Shown here: piece after piece, positions 46,232-55,211 of the stretch
Position numbering within the stretch: the stretch's first letter is position 1
Layout of the letters: every line of letters begins with the position of its first letter
Assembly: GCA_003598015.1 (NCBI GenBank)
Contig: QZKE01000065.1
Location: 8,280-72,279, forward strand
DNA length: 64,000 bases
Direction: 5' to 3'
From: Actinomycetota bacterium
Lineage (GTDB): Bacteria; Actinomycetota; Geothermincolia; Geothermincolales; RBG-13-55-18
Translations under genes and position numbers: made by a program
The notes under the pieces: generated by a model
Seen by the model: the letters and a program-made list of their open reading frames with translations, nothing else
What the model was told of the DNA's origin: nothing
The model's database searches: none

Positions 46232-47464
46232 GTGAAAGCCTTGACTTTCGAGATGAAGATCCCGGCCTACCTGCTCACGGGGGCTCTATCCGGGATCAGA
46301 CCGCAAGTAGTGCACTCTTCGTGGGTGCCGGTGAAGATGCGAGAAGTCGAGGAACCCGAGCTGATCGGTCCCGCATGGGTAACGATAAAGCCAAGGTTGT
46401 CCGGCTTCTGCGGCAGCGACCTCGGCACGGTCCTTTGCCACGAAAGCCTTACCCTGGAGCCCTTCCCCTCCTATCCTTTCGTGCTTGGACACGAGGTGTG
46501 CGGGGATATCGCCGAGGTGGGGGAGGAGGTGGAGGGATATACAACCGGAGATAGGGTAGTGGTGATGCCCGTTTTGAGCTGTAGTATACGGGGCATCGAT
46601 CCACCCTGCCGCATGTGCGCGCAAGGGCGTTATCAATTGTGCGAGAACCTGACCGAGGGAAGCCTTGCGGCGGGAATGTACGTGGGCAGTTGCACCGACA
46701 CCCCCGGTTTCATCAGTGAAATGGGGGTAGCACATGTATCGCAGCTTTATAAAGTGCCGCAAGGGGTAAGCGACGAGAACGCCGTACTCTCGGAGCCATT
46801 CTCCACCGCCCTGCACATGGTGATCGCCAATCCCATCGCCGAGGGTGAGACGGTGATGGTCATCGGTCACGGCGTTATGGGGCTCTGCACCATTGCTGCC
46901 TTGAAAGCGCTCCATCCAGATGTACGCATAATCGGGGTCGAGGTAGACCCCTTCCACAGCGAGGTCGCCAGGGATATGGGCGTGGAGGAGGTCATCAAAC
47001 CCGGGGGCAAGAAGTTCTACAAAAGGGTAGCCGAGCTCACCGGTGCAAAGATGTACACCCCCACCGTAACCCAGCCCATTCTTATCGGAGGCGTGGACCG
47101 CGTATTCGATGCCGTAGGTTCCACCTCCACCGTCCACTCCGCACTGCGGGTACTGGCAAACGGCGGATGGTACAACCTACTGGGTATCGGTAAGGTGAAG
47201 AAGATCGACTGGACGCCGGTATGGTTCAAGGAGCTCACCATACGCGGTATCTACGCCTACCAGGACGATATGATCGGTGGCGAGAGGATGCACGACTTCG
47301 CGTTGGCTCTCAGGCTGTTCGCCGAGGGCAAGGTCGATCTGTCACACCTGGTAACACACAGATTCTCCCTGGATGAGTGGCATAAGGCTCTCGATACCGC
47401 CATGAACAAGGGTAGGGAGAAGGCCATCAAGATTGTCTTCACGCAGATGAGGGAATTAAAGTAA
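46232..47464 (+). CDS. Zinc-dependent alcohol dehydrogenase family (MDR) oxidoreductase
   Basis: GFCGSDL, GHEVCGDIAEVG, structural-zinc Cys cluster region (CSIRGIDPPCRMCAQGRYQLC), and the Rossmann motif VIGHGVMG. GTG 46232 or 46223 is likelier than the track ATG 46121, which overlaps the ECH gene. Confidence 0.88.
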   Translation: MKALTFEMKIPAYLLTGALSGIRPQVVHSSWVPVKMREVEEPELIGPAWVTIKPRLSGFCGSDLGTVLCHESLTLEPFPSYPFVLGHEVCGDIAEVGEEVEGYTTGDRVVVMPVLSCSIRGIDPPCRMCAQGRYQLCENLTEGSLAAGMYVGSCTDTPGFISEMGVAHVSQLYKVPQGVSDENAVLSEPFSTALHMVIANPIAEGETVMVIGHGVMGLCTIAALKALHPDVRIIGVEVDPFHSEVARDMGVEEVIKPGGKKFYKRVAELTGAKMYTPTVTQPILIGGVDRVFDAVGSTSTVHSALRVLANGGWYNLLGIGKVKKIDWTPVWFKELTIRGIYAYQDDMIGGERMHDFALALRLFAEGKVDLSHLVTHRFSLDEWHKALDTAMNKGREKAIKIVFTQMRELK

Positions 47465-47588
47465 AGATCGATAGTATGTATCGCGTAAGCGATAGCGCCG
47501 TCTTCGGCGCGACGGTGTCCAGGCCTTCAACTTTCTCAAGATGAAGGCCTGGCACGTGTACGTCACCCAAGAGTGTAGAGGAGAGCAC

Positions 47589-48305
47589 ATGACGGCTGTA
47601 CCCATAGCCTTTTTCGACCTGGACCATACGCTGCTCGACGGAGCCAACGGCAACCTGGTGGTGAAGTACATGGTCAAGACCCGGCGCATGGGCGTGGACG
47701 CGATATGGAAGGCGATAAAGTTCACGGTGCTATACCGCATGAACCGCCTGCCCAGAGAGGAGGTCTACCGCTGGACCTTCCAGGAATGTGGTAAGTACAG
47801 CATGCACGAGTTAATCGAGATGCTCGATGAATCCTACGCGCAGTACGTCATGCCGCGCCTCTATAAGGAAGGCGCCGATTGTGTAGCCGAACATAAAGAA
47901 AAGGGGCATCACACGGTCATAGCCACTGCCGCAGGGGAATATATGTCCGAGAAGGTGAGGGTGCAGCTGGGTGCGGACGACAAGATAGCGGCCGTCGCCC
48001 CCGTCCGCAACGGCCGGCTCACGGACGAGCTGGAGATGCCACTGCCCTACGGCGAAGGAAAGAAGGTGCTCGCTCAGCGCTATGCGGAGAGCAGGGGAGT
48101 CACGCTCGAGGACTGCTGGTTCTATTCAGACTCCCTGGCCGACACCCCCCTGCTGGATGCGGTGGGACACCCCGTGGCGGTAAACCCGCAGCGGGCCGTA
48201 AAGCGCATCGCCTTCGAGCGGGGATGGCCGGTGCTGACCTGGCATACACCGGCCGGTTTCACCACCCCCAGTATCGCCGTCGACCTCTCTTTCGAGCTGG
48301 CGTGA
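47589..48305 (+). CDS. HAD-IB family hydrolase (phosphoserine-phosphatase-like)
   Basis: MTAVPIAFFDLDHTLL (DxDxT), TAAGEYM, GEGK, YSDSLADTPLL. The track start 47541 is an alternative. Confidence 0.85.
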   Translation: MTAVPIAFFDLDHTLLDGANGNLVVKYMVKTRRMGVDAIWKAIKFTVLYRMNRLPREEVYRWTFQECGKYSMHELIEMLDESYAQYVMPRLYKEGADCVAEHKEKGHHTVIATAAGEYMSEKVRVQLGADDKIAAVAPVRNGRLTDELEMPLPYGEGKKVLAQRYAESRGVTLEDCWFYSDSLADTPLLDAVGHPVAVNPQRAVKRIAFERGWPVLTWHTPAGFTTPSIAVDLSFELA

Positions 48306-48311
48306 CGCGCC

Positions 48312-48575
48312 ATGCCAGACAATTCGGGCTTGACGCGTATGGTCGATGGAAATATAAAGATATTGCACGTCCTGGGAGGGAACGAGCACTGGAGGCTGCC
48401 CATGGTGACGCCCGCTAGATCATCCTCGAAAAACTCGCTACCTGTAATCGCCTGCCTGTGCCTGGGGGCATGTCTGGGAGCGGCATGGGCCATGCACCTT
48501 GACGAAGAGCAACAGAGGCGGATCAAGAAGAACCTGTTCGAGCTGCGGGAGATGCCGTTCCGCATCTTCATATAA
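48312..48575 (+). CDS. Small hypothetical membrane protein
   Basis: 87 aa with one TM-like segment (LPVIACLCLGACLGAAWAM) and an amphipathic tail. Sits between two co-directional genes with 6- and 12-nt gaps. No clear RBS. Confidence 0.35.
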   Translation: MPDNSGLTRMVDGNIKILHVLGGNEHWRLPMVTPARSSSKNSLPVIACLCLGACLGAAWAMHLDEEQQRRIKKNLFELREMPFRIFI

Positions 48576-48587
48576 GGGGTTGTGGGA

Positions 48588-50135
48588 ATGGACTACGACT
48601 ACGATGTGATCATCATCGGCGCGGGCATGGGCGGCCTGACCGCAGCTACCCTGCTGGCCAAGGAGGGATTGAAGGTCCTGGTGCTCGAGAGGCTGGAGAG
48701 AGTGGGCGGATGCTGCTCAAACTACGACGTCGGCGGCTTCAAGCCCGAGGTGGGAGCTGTCTTCGTCATCGCCCACGAGTTCTATTACAAGCTGTTCGAG
48801 CTGCTCGACCTGCGGCTGGAGGATTACTTGGACTGGAGCCTCATAGATCCCGTCTACCAGGTTTACCTCGAGGACGGTAGCGATGTAGCGCTGCCACGGG
48901 ACGTCGATGAGATGGCAAAAGTCGTCAAAGAACTGGCCCCCCAGGATGTCGACGGATACTACCGCTACTGCAAGGACCTGGGTAAGCTCCACAAGGCTTT
49001 GACCGCCTTCACCGCCAACCCCATGCCGGAGATCAGGAAACTGACCAAGTTGTCCAGCCTGGCAAAATTGTTCGGCAGCAAGGACTTCATCCCCGCCTTG
49101 CCCATCAACCTCAAACTCGCCCTGAACAACCTCGAGAAGTGCGTCAAGAGTTATTTCGACGATCCCGTGGTGCAGCTCATGTTCGGTTGGGAGAACATAT
49201 ACTCCGGGCTGCCGGCACACCGCTGTTTCGGCATGTTCGCGATGATTACCTACATGGGACACTTGGGGTATTATTACCCCAAGGGCGGGATGATCTCCAT
49301 CCCCAAGGCACTGACGCGTATCGCCCAGGACTTCGGCGCGGAGTTGCGACTGGAGGCCGAGGTGGACAGCATCGTTCTCGAAGGCCGTGAGGCCAGGGGA
49401 GTGAAGCTGGCAAACGGAGAGATATTCAGCGCACGTGCCGTGATATCCAACACCCACACGCGCTTCACCTACCTCAACCTCCTCCGGGATGCCAACCTGC
49501 CCGGGTGGGTGGCCCGCACCGTGCGCCGCCAGCCCTGCTCCATACCCGCTCCCATGTTTTACATGGGGCTCTCAGAGCCGCTGGACAGTGTAAAGTCCCA
49601 CATGTCCCTGGTGGCCCAATCAAGAAAACACCTGGATGACGTGTGGAAGGATTTCTACGACCGCGGGCTGCTATGCCGCGCTGCGGATGGGATGTACCTG
49701 CTGATCTGCCCCACCTTCGACGACCCGGAACTGGCCCCTCCCGGCAAGCAGGTTATCTCGGCCATGTACATCGCGCCCTACCGGCTCAAGTATCACGATT
49801 GGGATGATATCGCGGAGGAATGGACCTGGGAGTGTATAGATTACCTCGACAAAAGGTGTTTCCCCGGCCTCGTTCAGCGCGTGGAATGGATGGACCCCGT
49901 ACCTCCCACCGAGCTCGAGCGGCGGCTCAACGTCGCCGAGGGCGCTTTCTTCGGGATCGAGATGAGCCTGCCCAACTCAGGGCCCTTCCGCCCCAATTAC
50001 CGTTCCCACTTCATCGACCGGCTCTATCAGGCCGGTCAATGCACCAATCCCGGCCTGGGGGTGCCGGGGGCGATGATCTCGGGTATGGCGGTGGCCAGCC
50101 TTATGCTCAACGATTGGCCGAAGAAGCTCGCCTAG
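48588..50135 (+). CDS. Phytoene-desaturase-family FAD-dependent oxidoreductase (CrtI-like)
   Basis: DYDVIIIGAGMGGLTAATLLAKEGLKVLVLERLERVGGC dinucleotide fold and a C-terminal CrtI-like GQCTNPGLGVPGAMISG. GTG 48582 is an alternative start. Confidence 0.88.
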   Translation: MDYDYDVIIIGAGMGGLTAATLLAKEGLKVLVLERLERVGGCCSNYDVGGFKPEVGAVFVIAHEFYYKLFELLDLRLEDYLDWSLIDPVYQVYLEDGSDVALPRDVDEMAKVVKELAPQDVDGYYRYCKDLGKLHKALTAFTANPMPEIRKLTKLSSLAKLFGSKDFIPALPINLKLALNNLEKCVKSYFDDPVVQLMFGWENIYSGLPAHRCFGMFAMITYMGHLGYYYPKGGMISIPKALTRIAQDFGAELRLEAEVDSIVLEGREARGVKLANGEIFSARAVISNTHTRFTYLNLLRDANLPGWVARTVRRQPCSIPAPMFYMGLSEPLDSVKSHMSLVAQSRKHLDDVWKDFYDRGLLCRAADGMYLLICPTFDDPELAPPGKQVISAMYIAPYRLKYHDWDDIAEEWTWECIDYLDKRCFPGLVQRVEWMDPVPPTELERRLNVAEGAFFGIEMSLPNSGPFRPNYRSHFIDRLYQAGQCTNPGLGVPGAMISGMAVASLMLNDWPKKLA

Positions 50136-50430
50136 GGGGGGTTGTAGCCCGGTCCCGGGGCAGGCGGTCCTCGTTCCGTGTTATATTCCGGCCCGAGCCT
50201 TGGGGTAATGGCCTCGCTCGGCGCGCAATAGGCGGGATAGGAGGAAGAGACCTCATCTTCATTTGCGCGCGCAGCTGCGACCAACCCATTACTCCTCCGT
50301 GCAGCGGTTATAATGCAGGCTATGCCCGGGCGCGGTCTTTCTGTTACTCACGGATTGATACACCTGGTTCATTATCCTTCGCGATCGGATTCACGTTTTA
50401 TGGGGATTGCGCGATCAAGAGACGGGATAT

Positions 50431-50459
50431 TTGACAGGTGGGCAGGCTGATACTATTGT
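50431..50459 (+). promoter_or_regulatory. Candidate sigma-70-type promoter giving a leaderless tetR transcript
   Basis: TTGACA (50431-50436), 17-nt spacer, TATTGT (50454-50459). The ATG at 50466 is 7 nt after the -10 element, and no RBS is present. Confidence 0.45.
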
Positions 50460-50465
50460 AATGAC

Positions 50466-51131
50466 ATGTCAGTACCAAAAAAACGGATGCCCGCTCGTGA
50501 GCGGCGTGAGCATATACTCGAAGCCTCAGCCGCAGTTTTCTCGCGCAAGGGGTACCGCATGGCCTCGGTCTCGGATATAGTTGAGGAGGCCGGTATTGGG
50601 AGAGGTACCTTTTATCTCTACTTCGATTCCAAGAGAGAGATTTTCCTCGAGCTCATAGAGGCCTTTTTCCGCGGCTATGCCGAGCTGCTCGAGGAGAATC
50701 ACCGCAGGCTGGAGGAGGCCTTCAGGCGACGAAGCAGGGTACTGAGGACCTGGAGGGAAAACATGCTGAGGGTCCTCGAGTACCATCAAGAGAACCCATA
50801 CCTTACCAACATCGCCTACCGTGAGGCCCTCGGAAAGGACGAGGACTTCTCGGCAAGGGTCGGCGAGCTGTCGAGCCTGGCGCGCGAGAAACTGGTCGAC
50901 GAATTCCGCATGATGTACGACCGGGGCATGATGCGCGAATGCGATGTTGAGCTGGTGACTTCCGTGGTAATGGGGTCAACGGTCTACGTGGTCATGGAGC
51001 ACCTGCTGCCGGAGAACGAGGTGGACGTGGAGAGCCTTGCGGACATGATAGTCGAATACCACATCCGGGCACTTATACCGGAGGTGGGAGACGTAAAAAG
51101 GGCGCTGCACAGCGCCATAGAGACAGGATGA
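50466..51131 (+). CDS. TetR/AcrR family transcriptional regulator
   Basis: N-terminal HTH ILEASAAVFSRKGYRMASVSDIVEEAGIGRGTFYLYFDSKREIF. 221 aa. Confidence 0.92.
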   Translation: MSVPKKRMPARERREHILEASAAVFSRKGYRMASVSDIVEEAGIGRGTFYLYFDSKREIFLELIEAFFRGYAELLEENHRRLEEAFRRRSRVLRTWRENMLRVLEYHQENPYLTNIAYREALGKDEDFSARVGELSSLAREKLVDEFRMMYDRGMMRECDVELVTSVVMGSTVYVVMEHLLPENEVDVESLADMIVEYHIRALIPEVGDVKRALHSAIETG

Positions 51132-51337
51132 CCCGAGGGGTCAGACCCGCGTAATCGCCGGTGCGTTCAACGCAGGGGAGAAATGGTTGGAGGAACGCCC
51201 GGCAGGATAGAAGGACAGGATTTGTGGACAGAGCGTGAGCTTTGGCCGTATGACGGAAAGGAGGGTCGAAGCAGGATTGTACTAACAGCTGTATCCCATT
51301 GCATGCGTTCCATTACTAGGAATAAGGGGTGAAGCGT

Positions 51338-52447
51338 ATGGTTTCGTTTGAGTTGAGCGACGAACAGAAAATGGTCCAGGAGACTGTCGCCTCCTTCGCT
51401 GCCGATCAGATAGAGCCGGTCATGCGGGAGAGTGACGAGCAAAACACCATTCCCGAGGAAGTCATCGCCAAGGGGTGGGAGTTGGGTCTCCTGGGAGGGT
51501 GCATCCCGGAGGAATACGAGGGTTTCGGAGAGGAGCTCTCTTCGCTTACCGGACTGATCGCATTGGAGGAGCTGGCTTGGGGGGATCTCTCCATAGGTCT
51601 CCATCTCATGGCCCCCTCGGTTCTCGCCATCTCCGTACTCGACCAGGGAACGGAGGAACAGAAGAAACAACTGCTGCCGACGTTCTGCGAGGAGGAGTAC
51701 AAGGCGGCGTCGAGCGCCCTCGTCGAGCCCTACTACAACTTCTGCGCGTCGGCGCTGCGGACTTCGGCGGCGTGCGAGGGTGAAGAGTACGTCATTAACG
51801 GAGAAAAGTGCCTGGTGCCGCTGGCCCAGGAATCCGAGAACATGCTGGTTTTCGCGGCGAGCAATCCCGGGATGGGATTCTCCGGTGTAGATGCCTTCGT
51901 CATCCCCGTAGCTACCAAGGGAGTAAGCGTAGGGGAGCGCGAGAAAAATATGGGTATCAAAGCCCTTTCCACTTATCCTGTTTCCTTCAAGGACTGCCGC
52001 GTATCCGTGAGCGCCCGCATCGGGGAAGAGGCAGGGTGCAATTTTCTCAGGTTGCTGTCGCGTTCGCGCCTGGCCCTGGCTGCTCTGGCGGTGGGTATGA
52101 GCCGCAGGGCGCTGGAGCACTCCCGCGATTATGCCACACAGAGGATAGCCTTCGGCGAGCCCATCGGCTCGCGCCAGGCCATTGCCTTCATGATCGCGGA
52201 GATGGCCATAGAGATCGATGCCGCAAGATTACTAGCCTGGGAGGCCGCATGGCGCTGCGACCGTGCCATGGATTTCGAGAAGGAGGCCTCGCTGGCCAAG
52301 AACTACGCGGCGGACATGGCCATGATGGTATGCGACCGCGGGGTGCAGATCATGGGCGGCCACGGCTACGTCAGGGACAATCCCGTTGAGCTTTGGTTCC
52401 GTAACTCGCGCGGGTTCGCAGCCTTCGAAGGCTTTGTGATGGTATAG
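51338..52447 (+). CDS. Acyl-CoA dehydrogenase family protein (short C-terminus)
   Basis: MVSFELSDEQKMVQETVASFAADQI...GHGYVRDNPVELWFRNSRGFAAFEGFVMV. It ends only 4 residues after the FEG catalytic-base position. ATG 51338 follows AAGGGG; GTG 51329 is an alternative. Confidence 0.88.
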   Translation: MVSFELSDEQKMVQETVASFAADQIEPVMRESDEQNTIPEEVIAKGWELGLLGGCIPEEYEGFGEELSSLTGLIALEELAWGDLSIGLHLMAPSVLAISVLDQGTEEQKKQLLPTFCEEEYKAASSALVEPYYNFCASALRTSAACEGEEYVINGEKCLVPLAQESENMLVFAASNPGMGFSGVDAFVIPVATKGVSVGEREKNMGIKALSTYPVSFKDCRVSVSARIGEEAGCNFLRLLSRSRLALAALAVGMSRRALEHSRDYATQRIAFGEPIGSRQAIAFMIAEMAIEIDAARLLAWEAAWRCDRAMDFEKEASLAKNYAADMAMMVCDRGVQIMGGHGYVRDNPVELWFRNSRGFAAFEGFVMV

Positions 52448-52459
52448 GGAGGTGGAAAA

Positions 52460-53716
52460 ATGATAGATTTTGAACTCTCTCCGCGTATCAAGGGCACCAA
52501 GAACATGATCCATATGTTCGCGGAAAGCGCAGTGCGCCCCATCGCCCGGCAGTTCGACGAGGAGGAACACGAGAAGCCCTGGGATCTCCTGAAAATGGTA
52601 CAGAAAGTAATGGGCGGCGGCATCGCCGGAGCTTTAGGCAGCCCGGAGAAGAAGGAGAAGAAGGAGGAGGGCGAGGAGAAGAAGGAGAAGAAGCCCCGCG
52701 AGACCAACCTGGCGGGAGCGATCACCGTCGAGGAGATCTTCTGGGGGGACGCTGGCATCGCGCTGGCCTTCCCCGGCCCCGGCCTGGGGGGAGCGGCGGT
52801 TCAGGCCAGCGGAACCCCCGAACAGAAGGAAAAGTTTCTGGCCCGCTTCGCCGGCGAGGAGCCATCCTGGGGCGCCATGGCCATCACCGAACCCGAGGCG
52901 GGCTCGGACACCGCCAACCTCAAGACCAGCGCGGTGCTGGACGGGGACGAATGGGTGCTCAACGGTGAGAAGATTTTCGTCACCTCCGGGAAGAGCGCGC
53001 TGGAGGATTCCGATGGCTTCGTGGTGGTCTGGGCTACCATAGACAAGCAGGCGGGAAGGGCCGGCATCAAACCCTTCATCGTCGAGCACGACACCCCGGG
53101 CATGGAGATAACTAAGATCGAGGATAAGATGGGCATCCGTTGCTCGGACACGGTATCCATCTCCTTCATGGACTGCCGCATCCCCAAGGAGAACATCCTG
53201 GGCAGCCCGGAGGTGGTGGACAAGACCAAGACCGAGGGCTTCAAGAAGGTCATGGCGACCTTCGACGCCACCCGTCCCCTGGTTGCCGCGATGGCTATCG
53301 GTGTGGGCCAGGCTTCACTCGACTTCCTGAAGCAGAAACTTGCGGAGGAGGGAATTGAGCTGCGCTACGGCATCAACCCCCACCGCATGTCCTCTCTCGA
53401 GAGGGATGTCATGCAGATGGAGGCCGACCTCAAGGCAGCGCGGTTACTCACCTGGAGGGCGCTGTGGATGCTGGACAACGGCCTGCGCAACGATCTGCAG
53501 TCATCCATGGCCAAGGCGAAGGCGGGACTCGCGGTCACCCGCATTACCCAGAAAGCGGTGGAGTTGATGGGACCGCTGGGCTATTCCAGGGAACTGCTGC
53601 TGGAGAAGTGGATGAGGGACTCCAAGATAAACGATATCTTCGAGGGAACCGGCCAGATCCAGCTGTTGATAACCGCCAGGCGTATCCTCGGCTTCACACG
53701 AGAACAGTTGAAATAA
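52460..53716 (+). CDS. Acyl-CoA dehydrogenase family protein with Lys/Glu-rich insertion
   Basis: ACAD layout (ITEPEAGSD, GEKIFVTSG, GPLGYSRELLLEKWMRDSKINDIFEGTGQIQ) plus an inserted GSPEKKEKKEEGEEKKEKKPRETN segment near residue 60. Confidence 0.9.
   Translation: MIDFELSPRIKGTKNMIHMFAESAVRPIARQFDEEEHEKPWDLLKMVQKVMGGGIAGALGSPEKKEKKEEGEEKKEKKPRETNLAGAITVEEIFWGDAGIALAFPGPGLGGAAVQASGTPEQKEKFLARFAGEEPSWGAMAITEPEAGSDTANLKTSAVLDGDEWVLNGEKIFVTSGKSALEDSDGFVVVWATIDKQAGRAGIKPFIVEHDTPGMEITKIEDKMGIRCSDTVSISFMDCRIPKENILGSPEVVDKTKTEGFKKVMATFDATRPLVAAMAIGVGQASLDFLKQKLAEEGIELRYGINPHRMSSLERDVMQMEADLKAARLLTWRALWMLDNGLRNDLQSSMAKAKAGLAVTRITQKAVELMGPLGYSRELLLEKWMRDSKINDIFEGTGQIQLLITARRILGFTREQLK
52646..52693 (+). 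repeat. Direct 18-nt repeat GAGAAGAAGGAGAAGAAG x2 inside ACAD gene (encodes EKKEKK)
   Basis: Identical copies at 52646-52663 and 52676-52693, separated by 12 nt, in frame. Confidence 0.8.
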
Positions 53717-53729
53717 TCGCCAGTGTGGA

Positions 53730-53753
53730 GAGGGGGGCGGAAACGCCCCCCTC
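53730..53753 (+). terminator. GC-rich hairpin after the ACAD pair
   Basis: GAGGGGGGCG-gaaa-CGCCCCCCTC perfect 10-bp stem with a GNRA-like loop, 14 nt after the stop. Weak U-tract (GTTCTAT). Confidence 0.45.
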
Positions 53754-54039
53754 GTTCTATATGTGGTCGTCACGGTAAAGGCCCCAGGGGGAGCGATTGC
53801 CGGGCAAAGGGGTTGATCCTGGGATTATGCAGGAGATCGCCGATATTTTGACTATCCTTGAGCGAACATCATGGAGAAGAACCTGATAGAATATTCTCGC
53901 AAACAGGTAAATTACGGAAGCGACACAAATGCGGGGAACAGGGATAAGTAATGTTGCCGGATACCCCGATCAGATCACGACGGGGCCAGGCTTTTCGTCA
54001 GCGGGAAAGGGAGAGGCGCGACTATTCCGGGATGAGGTT

Positions 54040-55188
54040 ATGAACCAGCAAGAAGGTACCGGCAAGAGATCATACGCCGATCGTGCGCCCAGGAAGAGAT
54101 GGGTCAGAAGCAAGGGACTGTCGGTCTTCAGCCCCTTGCTCCGCGTATGCAAGGAATGCGGTGTGCCGCTGGCTATTTCGCAGGACCACGCCTGGGAAGA
54201 GCACGGGCGGATCCTGAGCCGGGATACCTCCCAGAGGCTGGTCATTGTAGAGAGGAAGATAATCAACGGTATCCTCGAGAAGATCACCGCTAAACTGGGC
54301 AGGGAATACGAGAAGACCTTCATCCACGCGAAGGCCTTCGACGCCAGCCAATACGTGCGCTCCGTAATGGTGGGATGGCGCAAGGTCGCGGCGGGTTATC
54401 CCCTCGTGAGGCGCCCCTTTTACGAGCTTCTCTGCGACCGCGCCCGCATACTCGGAATGGCGGACGCCAATGTGGCGCATTACCAGCGGGGCAAAGAGGT
54501 GATCATCACCTGTACCCAGTGTTATAACAAGACCTTCTTTGCCGGTGACATACTGGGCGCGGTATATGCGGGCGAGAAAAGGGAGGCGACGATAGATATC
54601 GACGATAGCGACGGGGAGATCATTTATACGGTTACCGTACTGGATAACGAGAGGTTTGAGGCCATCGAAAAATACTCCTTCTCGTGGGAAGTGCCCCTAC
54701 CCGGCTATATTAGCTACAAGCGGTGCAAGAAGTGTGGCGTCCCCTTCTCGGTCAGCTTCTTCTCCTGGGACATCTCCCGGGGGCTGATGGTCGACACGCA
54801 TAACGGCGAGCCGGTGGCCCTTATCGACGTAGCTGGCATAAATGCCGCATATGCTGAGATAAAAGCCAGAAGCGGGAATTGGGTGGACGATTTCCTTGCC
54901 GTTGAGATCAAGGATATGGTGGATGGCATCCTACCCGGCCTGGAGTGGAAAAGGCGCCGGCCCGAAGAGAAGATCCGCGACCTTTTCTTTCTGGCGTACA
55001 GAGGCATGGGAAACCCCGTGTTCACCGAACCGACCGATGATGGGATAAGGGCCAGGATAGAGAACCCTTTCAACTATCCCATAGTAGCCGGAATAGCGGC
55101 TTCGTTCCTGGCGCGCGACAAGCCGGCGGCCTTCGACTGGGAGAGGGTGATGCCAGGCAGGTTGGAGCTTAACCTGCATTTCCTGTGA
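54040..55188 (+). CDS. Uncharacterised tandem CxxC / V4R-like domain protein, paralogue 3
   Basis: Repeats start at CKECGVPLAISQDHAWEEHGRI and CKKCGVPFSVSFFSWDISRGLM. The C-terminus is IENPFNYPIVAGIAASFLARDKPAAFDWERVMPGRLELNL. ATG 54040 is preferred; the track start 53929 is an alternative. Confidence 0.7.
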   Translation: MNQQEGTGKRSYADRAPRKRWVRSKGLSVFSPLLRVCKECGVPLAISQDHAWEEHGRILSRDTSQRLVIVERKIINGILEKITAKLGREYEKTFIHAKAFDASQYVRSVMVGWRKVAAGYPLVRRPFYELLCDRARILGMADANVAHYQRGKEVIITCTQCYNKTFFAGDILGAVYAGEKREATIDIDDSDGEIIYTVTVLDNERFEAIEKYSFSWEVPLPGYISYKRCKKCGVPFSVSFFSWDISRGLMVDTHNGEPVALIDVAGINAAYAEIKARSGNWVDDFLAVEIKDMVDGILPGLEWKRRRPEEKIRDLFFLAYRGMGNPVFTEPTDDGIRARIENPFNYPIVAGIAASFLARDKPAAFDWERVMPGRLELNLHFL

Positions 55189-55211
55189 GCGCGGAACGGC
55201 GGATCACAACG

